From NCBI GenBank assembly GCA_964481395.1, contig CAYZYG010000009.1, positions 959 through 64,958 on the forward strand: DNA of 64,000 nucleotides. The letters run 5' to 3'. Made by a program: the position numbers and the translations under genes. The stretch comes from an uncultured Vicinamibacterales bacterium. Lineage in GTDB: Bacteria > Acidobacteriota > Vicinamibacteria > Vicinamibacterales > JAKQTR01. The notes beneath the pieces are model-generated. The model did no database searches. It had not been told where the DNA came from and saw nothing but the letters and a program-made list of their open reading frames with translations. Each line of letters begins with the position of its first letter. The stretch's first letter is position 1. Positions 1-7,832 of this stretch are shown in pieces.

Positions 1-2
1 AG

Positions 3-221
3 GTGATGACCGTGGCGACGGCGTTCATGGGGCTGCTGCCCATCATGTGGTCCGAGTCGACCGGCGCGGACGTCATGAAGCGAATCGCCGCGCCGATGAT
101 CGGCGGCCTGGCGACCTCGTTCCTGCTCGAGCTGCTGGTGTACCCTGCGGCGTTCAAGCTGTGGAAGATGGGGGAATTCAGAAGACAGAAGACAGAACAC
201 GGAATGAGCGAGCCGTCCTGA
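3..221 (+). CDS. RND heavy-metal efflux pump (CusA/CzcA family), C-terminal fragment; the gene starts upstream of the window
   Basis: Open from the window edge. LPIMWSESTGADVMKRIAAPMIGGLATSFLLELLVYPA resembles the last TM region of CusA/CzcA-type RND transporters. The last ~15 codons are encoded by GAAGACA heptamer repeats. Confidence 0.8.
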   Translation: MMTVATAFMGLLPIMWSESTGADVMKRIAAPMIGGLATSFLLELLVYPAAFKLWKMGEFRRQKTEHGMSEPS

Positions 222-405
222 TCGGCCGACCAGCGCGCTTTGGCCCCTGGACCGGATTAGACCGGGACGTACACCGGAGGGTACAGTAAGGACCAGTACA
301 GTCCGTGTGCGACCTGGGCCGGCGGAACCGTCATCGTTGGCACGGCATGGCGAGCCGCCCCCCGCGGGAGGGGCCGCGCGGGCGTCGCTGATTCAGAGGC
401 ATCCC

Positions 406-2307
406 ATGACGATGCAGATGTCGGTGAGCCGGACGAAGTGGTGGCGGCTCAGGTATCTGGAGGATCCGGACTTCACGCGCCCGCCGATTGAGGTCGGCGA
501 CGACAGCCGGGCCAGGCTGCTCGAACGCCTGGCGGCGATCTACGGTGAGGAGGTTGCCCGCGAGACGCTGCCTGAACTGCTTCGCCTGATCCGGGTGCAC
601 CATGCCCACAAACCCGCTGAGATGATCGAGGCCGAACGCTCCGTCTCCGGATGCGGCCGGTTCAGCGAGAAGGACATGATGCTCATCACCTACGGCGACA
701 TGGTCCGGGCGCAGGGCCGGTCGGGGTTGTCGGCCCTGGGCGAGTTCCTGGCGCTGTTCCGCCGTGGCGAGCCGGTCTTCAGCATCCTTCACGTCCTGCC
801 GTTCTTTCCGTATTCGTCCGACCGCGGCTTCTCCGTCGTCGACTTCCGGGCGGTCGACCCCAGGCTCGGATCCTGGCAGGACATTCTCGCGCTGGGTGAA
901 ACCTACCGCCTGATGTTCGACGGCGTGCTGAATCACGCCAGCTCACGCAGCACCCCCTTTCGCGAGATGCTGAGCGGCAACCGCGACTTCGCCGACTACG
1001 CGGTGGCCTTCCGCAGTGCCGACGAACTGACGCCGGAGCAGCGGAAGATCCTGCGAAGGCCCCGCACGAGCGACGTGCTCTCCCGCTTCGAGTCCATCGA
1101 CGGTCCGCTGTGGGTCTGGACCACCTTCTCGCGGGATCAGATCGATCTGAACTACCGCAACCCGAGGGTCCTGCTGAGCTCCGTGGACACGCTGCTGTTC
1201 TACGTGAGGATGGGGGCCGACCTCGTCCGTCTGGACGCGATCACGTACCTCTGGAAGGAGGTCGGCACGCCCAGCGCGAGCCTCGAAGAGACGCACACCA
1301 TCGTGAAACTCTTCCGCGACGTGCTCGACCTCGCGGCCCCGCAGGTGGCGCTGGTCACCGAGTCGAACGTGCCGCACGCCGAGAACATCTCGTACTTCGG
1401 CGACGGCAGAGACGAGGCACAGCTCGTGTACAACTTCGCGCTGCCGCCGCTCGTGCTGCACGCGTTCTACCGGGAGGACACGACGCGGCTCTCGAGGTGG
1501 GTGCCCGACCTCGCGTACCCGTCCGATTGCGTCACCTACCTCAACATGCTCGACACGCACGACGGCGTCGGCCTGCCAGGCGTGAAAGACGTCCTGCCCG
1601 AGGACGAGATCGGGTTCCTCGTGGAGACTGCCCGGCAGCACGGGGCGTTCATCTCCTACCGGAGCGGCGACGGCGCGGACGTGCCCTACGAGATCAACAC
1701 CACCTGGTACAGCGCTCTCAACTTCGAGAACGACGGCGAACCGAGGGCGCTCCAGGTCCAGCGGTTCGTCGCGTCGCGGAGCATCCAGCTCGTCCTGAAA
1801 GGCGTGCCGGCCATCTACCTCCACTCGCTCGCGGGCTCCCGGAACGACGTCCGGCTGGCGCTGCAGACGAAGGTGAAGCGCGACGTCAACCGCTCGACCC
1901 TCGACTTCGAGATCCTGGCGCGGAATCTCGCGGACCCCGGGGCGAAGCTGTACCTCCTGTCCGAGAATCTGCGACGGCTCCTGCGGACGCGCGTCCTCGC
2001 GCCTGCGTTTCATCCGAACGGAGGCCAGCGCGTTCTCATGCTGTCACCCTCGGTCTTCTCGCTGCTTCGCGTGTCGGTCGACGGGGCCGAGCATGTGTTG
2101 TGCCTGACGAACGTCACGCGGCGCCTGCAGTCGCTCACGATCGACCTCGCGGATCTCGGCGTCAGATCCTCCTACTGGTTCGACCTGATTGCGGGCCGGG
2201 GATGGGTGGCGTCGAACGGGACGATGAAGATCGATCTGGGGCCGTATGAGGTGCTGTGGCTCACGCCGTCGCAGGAACTGGAGCGCAGGATCGAGTCGCG
2301 GGCGTAA
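406..2307 (+). CDS. GH13 sucrose-phosphorylase-family sugar phosphorylase
   Basis: ATG at 406 chosen inside track ORF 307..2307. Motifs FSVVDFRAVDPRLGSW, FDGVLNHAS and DLVRLDAITYLWKE are typical of GH13_18 sugar phosphorylases. Confidence 0.85.
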   Translation: MTMQMSVSRTKWWRLRYLEDPDFTRPPIEVGDDSRARLLERLAAIYGEEVARETLPELLRLIRVHHAHKPAEMIEAERSVSGCGRFSEKDMMLITYGDMVRAQGRSGLSALGEFLALFRRGEPVFSILHVLPFFPYSSDRGFSVVDFRAVDPRLGSWQDILALGETYRLMFDGVLNHASSRSTPFREMLSGNRDFADYAVAFRSADELTPEQRKILRRPRTSDVLSRFESIDGPLWVWTTFSRDQIDLNYRNPRVLLSSVDTLLFYVRMGADLVRLDAITYLWKEVGTPSASLEETHTIVKLFRDVLDLAAPQVALVTESNVPHAENISYFGDGRDEAQLVYNFALPPLVLHAFYREDTTRLSRWVPDLAYPSDCVTYLNMLDTHDGVGLPGVKDVLPEDEIGFLVETARQHGAFISYRSGDGADVPYEINTTWYSALNFENDGEPRALQVQRFVASRSIQLVLKGVPAIYLHSLAGSRNDVRLALQTKVKRDVNRSTLDFEILARNLADPGAKLYLLSENLRRLLRTRVLAPAFHPNGGQRVLMLSPSVFSLLRVSVDGAEHVLCLTNVTRRLQSLTIDLADLGVRSSYWFDLIAGRGWVASNGTMKIDLGPYEVLWLTPSQELERRIESRA

Positions 2308-2346
2308 GGCAGGGGACGGTCATCAGATAATAGACAGCAGGGCGGA

Positions 2347-2365
2347 GTCGGCCTGAAAGGCCGAC
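2347..2365. terminator. Stem-loop GTCGGCC-TGAAA-GGCCGAC between convergent genes
   Basis: Perfect 7-bp stem read directly from the sequence. It lies between the stop at 2307 (+) and the stop at 2401 (-). There is no clear U-tract. Confidence 0.45.
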
Positions 2366-2400
2366 CGCTCGCGGGCACTGACCCGGCGGAAGCGGCTAGT

Positions 2401-2598
2401 CTAGCCCCCGGCGATCATGTGGATGACCTTGACGTCCGCGCCGTCGGGGACCTTGGTCGCTCGGTACTGGTCGCGAGGCACGAACTCGCCGTCGATCCAC
2501 ACCGCGAGCATCCGGAAGATGTAGTTCTTCCGGTCGAGGATGTCCGACACGGTCATCCCGTCCTCGTACTCGAGCGGCTCTTCGTTGACGGTCAGCAT
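2401..2598 (-). CDS. ThiS/MoaD-family sulfur-carrier-like small protein (C-terminal GG)
   Basis: 65 aa ending ...VIHMIAGG, with a beta-grasp-like sequence pattern. Immediately upstream in the same orientation as the AOR gene. Confidence 0.8.
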   Translation of the reverse strand: MLTVNEEPLEYEDGMTVSDILDRKNYIFRMLAVWIDGEFVPRDQYRATKVPDGADVKVIHMIAGG

Positions 2599-2608
2599 GC
2601 TCTTCGAT

Positions 2609-2720
2609 GAACAGAAGACAGAATACAGAAGACAGGAGACAGAAGGAAAGGAATCGGCCTGATCGGCCGACTGTTGCTATTCTGTCCCCTGGCTTCTGTC
2701 TACTGTCTCCTGTCTCCTGA
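2609..2720. repeat. Composite palindromic element: AGACAGA-type heptamer arm, central hairpin TCGGCC-TGATC-GGCCGA, complementary TGTCTCC-type heptamer arm
   Basis: Left arm 2611-2645, central hairpin 2654-2670, right arm 2680-2719. The right arm is the approximate reverse complement of the left arm. Confidence 0.8.
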
Positions 2721-2728
2721 CGGAGTCC

Positions 2729-4936
2729 TTACTTCCAATACGGCCTCGCCAGCTCCACCACGTCCGGGAAGTCGATCCTGAACTTCTTCAGCGTGGCCTC
2801 CGTCGGCACCCCGTCCGTCGTCCAGCCTCGGCGCTTGTACACCGCATCCACGAGCTTGTTGTAGCGGTCCATCCGCCACTCGCGGTGCAGCCTCACTTTC
2901 TCCTCGGTCGTTTTGCCGGCCGGATCGATCCCGACGATGTCCTTGAGCTGCTTGTCGTAGCGCTCGGATCGTGACTCGTACTCTTCATTGGTGACCGGTC
3001 CGACCGCCCTGTACGGCGGGATGTCGAACTCGCGCCCGCCCTGGCCCATGCGCAGGTTGAACATCCGCTGGAAGTTGTAGACCGCTTCCGACTGCTCGAT
3101 CAGGCTCTGGCGGTCGAGCGGCTTCCCGGTAATACCCGTGTACAGCTCGAGGTAGTTGTTGACGTGCGCCGGAACCTTGGCGGCCTCAGGCCCGGGGTAC
3201 ATCTTCGCGTTGTCCGGGGGCTCGATGTCGTTCCACGGCAGCTTGCACAGCCCCTGCAGGCTGAACCACGTTCGGAACAGGGGGAAGTAGTGCAAGGCCT
3301 CGGCCTTGTCCTCGAAGGTGGGGATCTGGTTGTTCACCATGTCCATGAAGATGAGCCACGCCTCATCGTGCTGGGGGCCCTTGTTGGCCAGCGCGTATCC
3401 GCCCTGCTGCGCCAGCGACTCCTTGGACATGTACTGGGAGATCTCGAGGCCCTTGATCTGCATTCCGATGTCGCGGATCAGCTGCGGATCTCCCCATCCC
3501 TTCTCGATGAAGAGGTTCTGCATGTAGCGGACGCCCTTGCCCACGATCACGCCGAAGCCCTCGCCACGGGCCATGTCGTGGAGGAGCTGCACCTCGGACT
3601 CGCCGTTGCCCCAGCCGAGGTCGAGGCCCCCCGTGCGCTCCTTGTTCAGGATGCCCCGGTCGTAGCACTCCATCACGAACGCGCAGGCCGTGCCGTACGA
3701 GATCGTGTCGATGCCGTAGGTGTCGCAGTAGAAGTTCACCTCGAGCAGCCAGTCGGGATCGAACAGCCCGCAGTTGGACCCCAGGCCGGCCGCGTTCTCG
3801 TACTCGGGCCCGTCCACCGTGACGATGTGGCCCTTGTACGGCCCCGTGCGCACGACATGACCGTCCGCGCCCTTCGAGCAGGCCATGCCGCACCCGTACC
3901 AGCACCGGTCCGGCACCGCCTGTGTGAACCGTTTGTCCCACACCTGCGAGTCGATCTTCGGCGTGTCCGGGTGCTTGCCGTACTGGAAGTTGTAGACCGG
4001 CAGCAGGTCGTACGCGTCCATGATCTCGACGAGGTGCGCCGTGCCCTGCCGGCGCATGTGGTTCTGCTCGTCGTCGAAGTCGTGGATTTCCTTGTTGATG
4101 ATCCGCCCGACCTTGATGACCTGCTGGATGTCCGCCGCGTTGTTCAGGTCCGGCCCCATCTTGAAGCCATGGACGACGAGCGCCTTCAGCTTCTTGTCGC
4201 GGAACACCGTGCCCGTGCCGCCGCGGCCGGCCTGCTTCAGGCGGACGGCCCCGCGCTTCGGGTCGTACCAGGAGAAGTTCAGGCAGCCCATGTAGGCCGA
4301 CTCGGCGGCCTTGCCCGCTGACACGACCGCCACGTTCTGCATGTCCTTCGGATTGTCCGCGTACATGTGCGTGAAGATCTCGGCGGCGATGTGACTGTCG
4401 GGCGTCTCCTCGGGCGCCTCCTCGATGGTGATCGTGCCCTTCGGGCCGTCGATGACCACGATGACGTCGGTCTTCGCCTTGCCCCGGATCTCGACGGCAT
4501 CGAAGCCGACGAACTTGACGAGGGGCCCGAAATACCCGCCCACGTTGCAGTCGATGGGAATGCTCGTCATCGGCGACAGCGACACGACGATCGACTTGCC
4601 CGAGCCTGCGTACTGCGTGTTGCCCGCCAGGGGCCCCGGACTGATGATGATCTCGTTTTCGGGGTCGTTCCACTTCGTCTGCGGGGTGATGGCGTGCCAG
4701 AGATAGTAGAGGCCGAAGCCGCGGCCGCCGGTGAAGACGTCGATCATCTCGTCGGTGATGGCCTTCTCGCTGATCGCCATCGTGTCGAGATCGATGAAGA
4801 GGGTCCGCCGGGTGTAGCCCCGGACCGGCTGGCTCGGCGTGAACGGCACCTCGACGAGCACCTTGTGCGCGGCTTTCATCGCCGGCACGTCGTCGGCGTA
4901 GTTGGTTCGGACCTTGTAATCGTAGGTTACGGACAT
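2729..4936 (-). CDS. aor: Aldehyde:ferredoxin oxidoreductase family (tungsten/molybdopterin AOR), long form of 735 aa
   Basis: N-terminal GYTRRTLFIDLD...FTGGRGFGLYYLW and an overall AOR-family pattern across the full-length ORF. Confidence 0.9.
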   Translation of the reverse strand: MSVTYDYKVRTNYADDVPAMKAAHKVLVEVPFTPSQPVRGYTRRTLFIDLDTMAISEKAITDEMIDVFTGGRGFGLYYLWHAITPQTKWNDPENEIIISPGPLAGNTQYAGSGKSIVVSLSPMTSIPIDCNVGGYFGPLVKFVGFDAVEIRGKAKTDVIVVIDGPKGTITIEEAPEETPDSHIAAEIFTHMYADNPKDMQNVAVVSAGKAAESAYMGCLNFSWYDPKRGAVRLKQAGRGGTGTVFRDKKLKALVVHGFKMGPDLNNAADIQQVIKVGRIINKEIHDFDDEQNHMRRQGTAHLVEIMDAYDLLPVYNFQYGKHPDTPKIDSQVWDKRFTQAVPDRCWYGCGMACSKGADGHVVRTGPYKGHIVTVDGPEYENAAGLGSNCGLFDPDWLLEVNFYCDTYGIDTISYGTACAFVMECYDRGILNKERTGGLDLGWGNGESEVQLLHDMARGEGFGVIVGKGVRYMQNLFIEKGWGDPQLIRDIGMQIKGLEISQYMSKESLAQQGGYALANKGPQHDEAWLIFMDMVNNQIPTFEDKAEALHYFPLFRTWFSLQGLCKLPWNDIEPPDNAKMYPGPEAAKVPAHVNNYLELYTGITGKPLDRQSLIEQSEAVYNFQRMFNLRMGQGGREFDIPPYRAVGPVTNEEYESRSERYDKQLKDIVGIDPAGKTTEEKVRLHREWRMDRYNKLVDAVYKRRGWTTDGVPTEATLKKFRIDFPDVVELARPYWK

Positions 4937-5223
4937 GGCCGTCTCCAGATGGAACGGACGGCCGTGCCCGGGGATCCGGCGATCCCGGCAACGGACCGTT
5001 CGTGGTGTGTGCAGCGTCGGGGGCTGCCTGCTGCCGGGGAGGAACGCCGCCCGGCAGCGTACCGGACAGTCTACCAGAACGCCGGCACCCGCAGGAGAGC
5101 GGCTGGGCGCCGCGGGGCGCCGCTGGGCACCGCTTCCGCGGGGGTGTGCAGGCCATGCGGAGCGGTGGCAGTTGACCTGACTCGGGGTATCCTTGTGGGC
5201 TCCGACTGTGAAGGAGGGTACAG

Positions 5224-5406
5224 ATGAGCGCTGTGAAGAACGAGGAGTTGTTGACGGCTGGTGCCATCGCCAAGGCTGTTGGTGCGTCCGACGCCAAGGT
5301 GAAGAAGGCCATCAAGGACCTGGCCATCCAGCCCAAGGCCAAGAAGGGCGTGTGCGCCTACTACGGGGCGGATGCGGTTGCCAAGGTGAAGAAGGCGCTG
5401 GGGTAG
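5224..5406 (+). CDS. Small Lys/Ala-rich protein (60 aa), possibly DNA-binding
   Basis: Strong RBS GAAGGAGGG 6 nt upstream of the ATG. GC3-rich codons. Internal repeat G-A-x-D-A-K-V-K-K-A occurs twice. Confidence 0.65.
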   Translation: MSAVKNEELLTAGAIAKAVGASDAKVKKAIKDLAIQPKAKKGVCAYYGADAVAKVKKALG

Positions 5407-5411
5407 GGGGA

Positions 5412-5472
5412 GAAGACAGAAGACGCGTGGGGAAAGAGTAGATAGTAGATAGTAGACAGTAGACAGTAGACA
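5412..5472. repeat. Heptamer tandem repeats (GAAGACA x2, then GTAGATA/GTAGACA x5)
   Basis: Units read directly: 5412-5425 and 5438-5472. Located between convergent gene ends. Confidence 0.9.
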
Positions 5473-5506
5473 GGCGGAGCATCGCTGCCGCCGAGGCCAT
5501 CGATCC

Positions 5507-7210
5507 CTACGGCGTCCGGCAGAGCCCGGCGAGGGCGGGGCCGAGCTTCGGGTGGGCGTCGAACTGCGTCACGTAATCCGACTCGCGGCGACCGCCCTTT
5601 GCCAGGATGACGGCCCGGAGCGCGGCCCGCTCCGCGTCGGTCCACCCGCCCACGGGGAGCAACGCCACGAGCGGCGCCCACCGTTCCCAGAACAGACGCT
5701 GGCCCGGGCGAAGCCGCCGCCAGGCCGGGAGACCGAGCGCCGCCCCGGCCTCATCGGCGAGCGTCTCTGTGGCCCGCTCACGGTCGGATCCGAATCGCGC
5801 CGCCACCATCCCGGTGACTCGCAGCGCCACGGCATCCGTCTCGAGCGCGCCGAGCACGTCGCCTCTGTCGGCGCCGAGGCTGAAGAACACGTTGGCTGCG
5901 ACGAGCCGCCGGAGCACCGGCAGACCGGTGCGATAGCCGGGACGGCTGCGGACGCGCTCCGCCTCGCGCCGGGCGAGCGTCGACGCGCGCCGATCGCGCG
6001 GCCTGAACCCGAGCTTGTAGTAGAACCACCACGCGCCCGACTGCAGCCCCTCGTCGTTGTGGTGACCGAGTTGGTACGGGTCGACGGTGATCGTGTCCAC
6101 GCCGAACATCGCATGCACCGCAGCCAGCAGGCGCCCGTAGATCCACGCCGCTTCGGCGCCGCGGAAGCTCTCGAAGACGTTGTACGCAACTTCGGCGGAG
6201 CGCCAGAGCGCGCCGAACAGGGCGTAGCCGATCGGCACGCCGTTGCGCAGCGTCAGGAAGCCGTAGACGGCGTCGAGCAGCAGCCGCTGTTCGACCTGCA
6301 CGCCCATGCAGGCGAACTCGAGCCCGTTCCCGCAGTCGATCAGGCGGACGTCCTCGGGGTCGGCCGCCGCAAAGCAGTAGAGATCGCGGGCCCGAGTGAC
6401 CATGGCCTCCCGCGAGAGGTCGATGAGTTCGACGGCCCGCCGCCCGGTGACCGGACGGATGCGGCGCGGCGGCACTCGCATGTCGACTCTCAGGTCGGGA
6501 CGCGCCGAGCGCAGCGGGCCGGGCTGCGCGACGACCGGGTGGCCGGCGACGCGCGCACGCGTCCGGTCAGGCGAGAGCGGCCCTGCCTTCACGCGCAACG
6601 TCAGGTTCAGCTCGTCGTACAGCTGGTCGCCAAGGAGGTCGTGGCCGGTCACGGCCGCGCTTCGTCGCACGAGGAAGGCGGCATCGGTCTCGCCGCCGCA
6701 CAGCCGGTCCAGCCACGCGCGGCCCAGCAGCGGGGGCTCGTCGAACACCGCCCGCTCGGACCAGAGCGTCAGCAGCGGAAGACGCGTGTCGAGAGCGGCC
6801 TCGTTCTCCCCGCTGTCCCATTCGACCGTCAGCGCATCGCCGGTACGCGCCGCCAGCCACCGCGCGGTGGACGCGGCAAACGGATAGACCGTATCCGTAC
6901 CGGCGATGCCGCTGTTCTCCAGGGCTGCCTGGTGGCGTCGAAGGTCCGTCCGGCGGTCGAAGACCATCAGCATCACCCGCACGGTCTCGAAGACGCGCGC
7001 GTCGTCCGGATAAGCGTAAAGAAACACCAGCGTTTCGTGCAGGAGGACGACCTGATCCACCCGAGACAGGGTGGATCGTCGCAGCAGGCGAAGCAGGCTG
7101 AGCTTCCGTCGTGCCGCGTCCCCGACGAACTCGGTCTTCAGCGCGGCCAGGGCGGTCAACGCCCGGCCGGGGCTTTGCCGTCGCGGAGAACGGGATGTTG
7201 AAGGGCTCAT
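5507..7210 (-). CDS. Conserved-looking hypothetical protein (567 aa); the C-terminal half is possibly acyltransferase (GNAT)-like
   Basis: Long ORF with an ATG start and normal amino-acid composition. The segment GYALFGALWRSAEVAYNVFESFRG...YKLGFRP weakly recalls a GNAT fold. No firm family assignment is possible by eye. Confidence 0.6.
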   Translation of the reverse strand: MSPSTSRSPRRQSPGRALTALAALKTEFVGDAARRKLSLLRLLRRSTLSRVDQVVLLHETLVFLYAYPDDARVFETVRVMLMVFDRRTDLRRHQAALENSGIAGTDTVYPFAASTARWLAARTGDALTVEWDSGENEAALDTRLPLLTLWSERAVFDEPPLLGRAWLDRLCGGETDAAFLVRRSAAVTGHDLLGDQLYDELNLTLRVKAGPLSPDRTRARVAGHPVVAQPGPLRSARPDLRVDMRVPPRRIRPVTGRRAVELIDLSREAMVTRARDLYCFAAADPEDVRLIDCGNGLEFACMGVQVEQRLLLDAVYGFLTLRNGVPIGYALFGALWRSAEVAYNVFESFRGAEAAWIYGRLLAAVHAMFGVDTITVDPYQLGHHNDEGLQSGAWWFYYKLGFRPRDRRASTLARREAERVRSRPGYRTGLPVLRRLVAANVFFSLGADRGDVLGALETDAVALRVTGMVAARFGSDRERATETLADEAGAALGLPAWRRLRPGQRLFWERWAPLVALLPVGGWTDAERAALRAVILAKGGRRESDYVTQFDAHPKLGPALAGLCRTP

Positions 7211-7379
7211 GTGCGACGCAGTATCGGGCCGGCGTCGGTCCCGGTCAAGAGGCCGGGCGCCTGCGGGGCGTCAGTTCGTGGTGGACGCCGCACGGCCGGT
7301 CACGCCACCGCCCGGTTCCGACCCGCGCTCGCATCCTGCCCGGTGCCCGGATATGATCGACCCCGCACGAGGTGGAGGG

Positions 7380-7832
7380 ATGACGACCAGAGCCGACATT
7401 GACGGGTTCATCGCCGAGAAGACGCTGGCCATCGCCGGGGTGTCCCGAGGGGGGAAGAAGTTCGGGAACACCATCCTGAAGGAACTGCGGGCGAAGGGCT
7501 ACACGATCCTCCCCGTGCATCCCCACGCCGACGCGGTGGAGGGTCTGCCGGCGTACCCGTCGTTCGCAGCGCTGCCGGAGCAGGCTGGCGGGGCCATCGT
7601 CTGCGTACCGCCGGCCGAGGCGGCGAAGGTCGTGCGGGCGGCAGCCGAGGCGGGCATCAGGCGCATCTGGTTGCAGCAGGGCGCCCAGTCGCCTGACGCG
7701 CTCGTCCTCTGCCGGGAGCACGGGCTGAGCGTCGTCCACGGGCACTGCATCCTGATGTTCGCCGAGCCCGCAGGGCTTCCTCACCGCATCCACCGGTGGA
7801 TCTGGCAGATCATCCGAAAGGTCCCGGCCTGA
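7380..7832 (+). CDS. CoA-binding domain protein (YccU/YneT-like)
   Basis: ATG at 7380 after GGTGGAGGG. IAGVSRGGKKFGNTILKELRAKGYTILPVHP is typical of single-domain CoA-binding proteins. Confidence 0.8.
   Translation: MTTRADIDGFIAEKTLAIAGVSRGGKKFGNTILKELRAKGYTILPVHPHADAVEGLPAYPSFAALPEQAGGAIVCVPPAEAAKVVRAAAEAGIRRIWLQQGAQSPDALVLCREHGLSVVHGHCILMFAEPAGLPHRIHRWIWQIIRKVPA

Noticed and set aside
307-405. Longer N-terminus for the sugar phosphorylase starting at the GTG at 307. Similar long upstream extensions appear in track ORFs 7071, 7796, 32698, 36258, 36194, 48400, 47730, 49939, 52263, 31663 and 59504.
   Set aside because: The extensions are Arg/Pro/Gly-rich and overlap neighbouring genes or repeats. 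They precede internal ATGs that have RBS-like sequences and family-typical N-termini or signal peptides.
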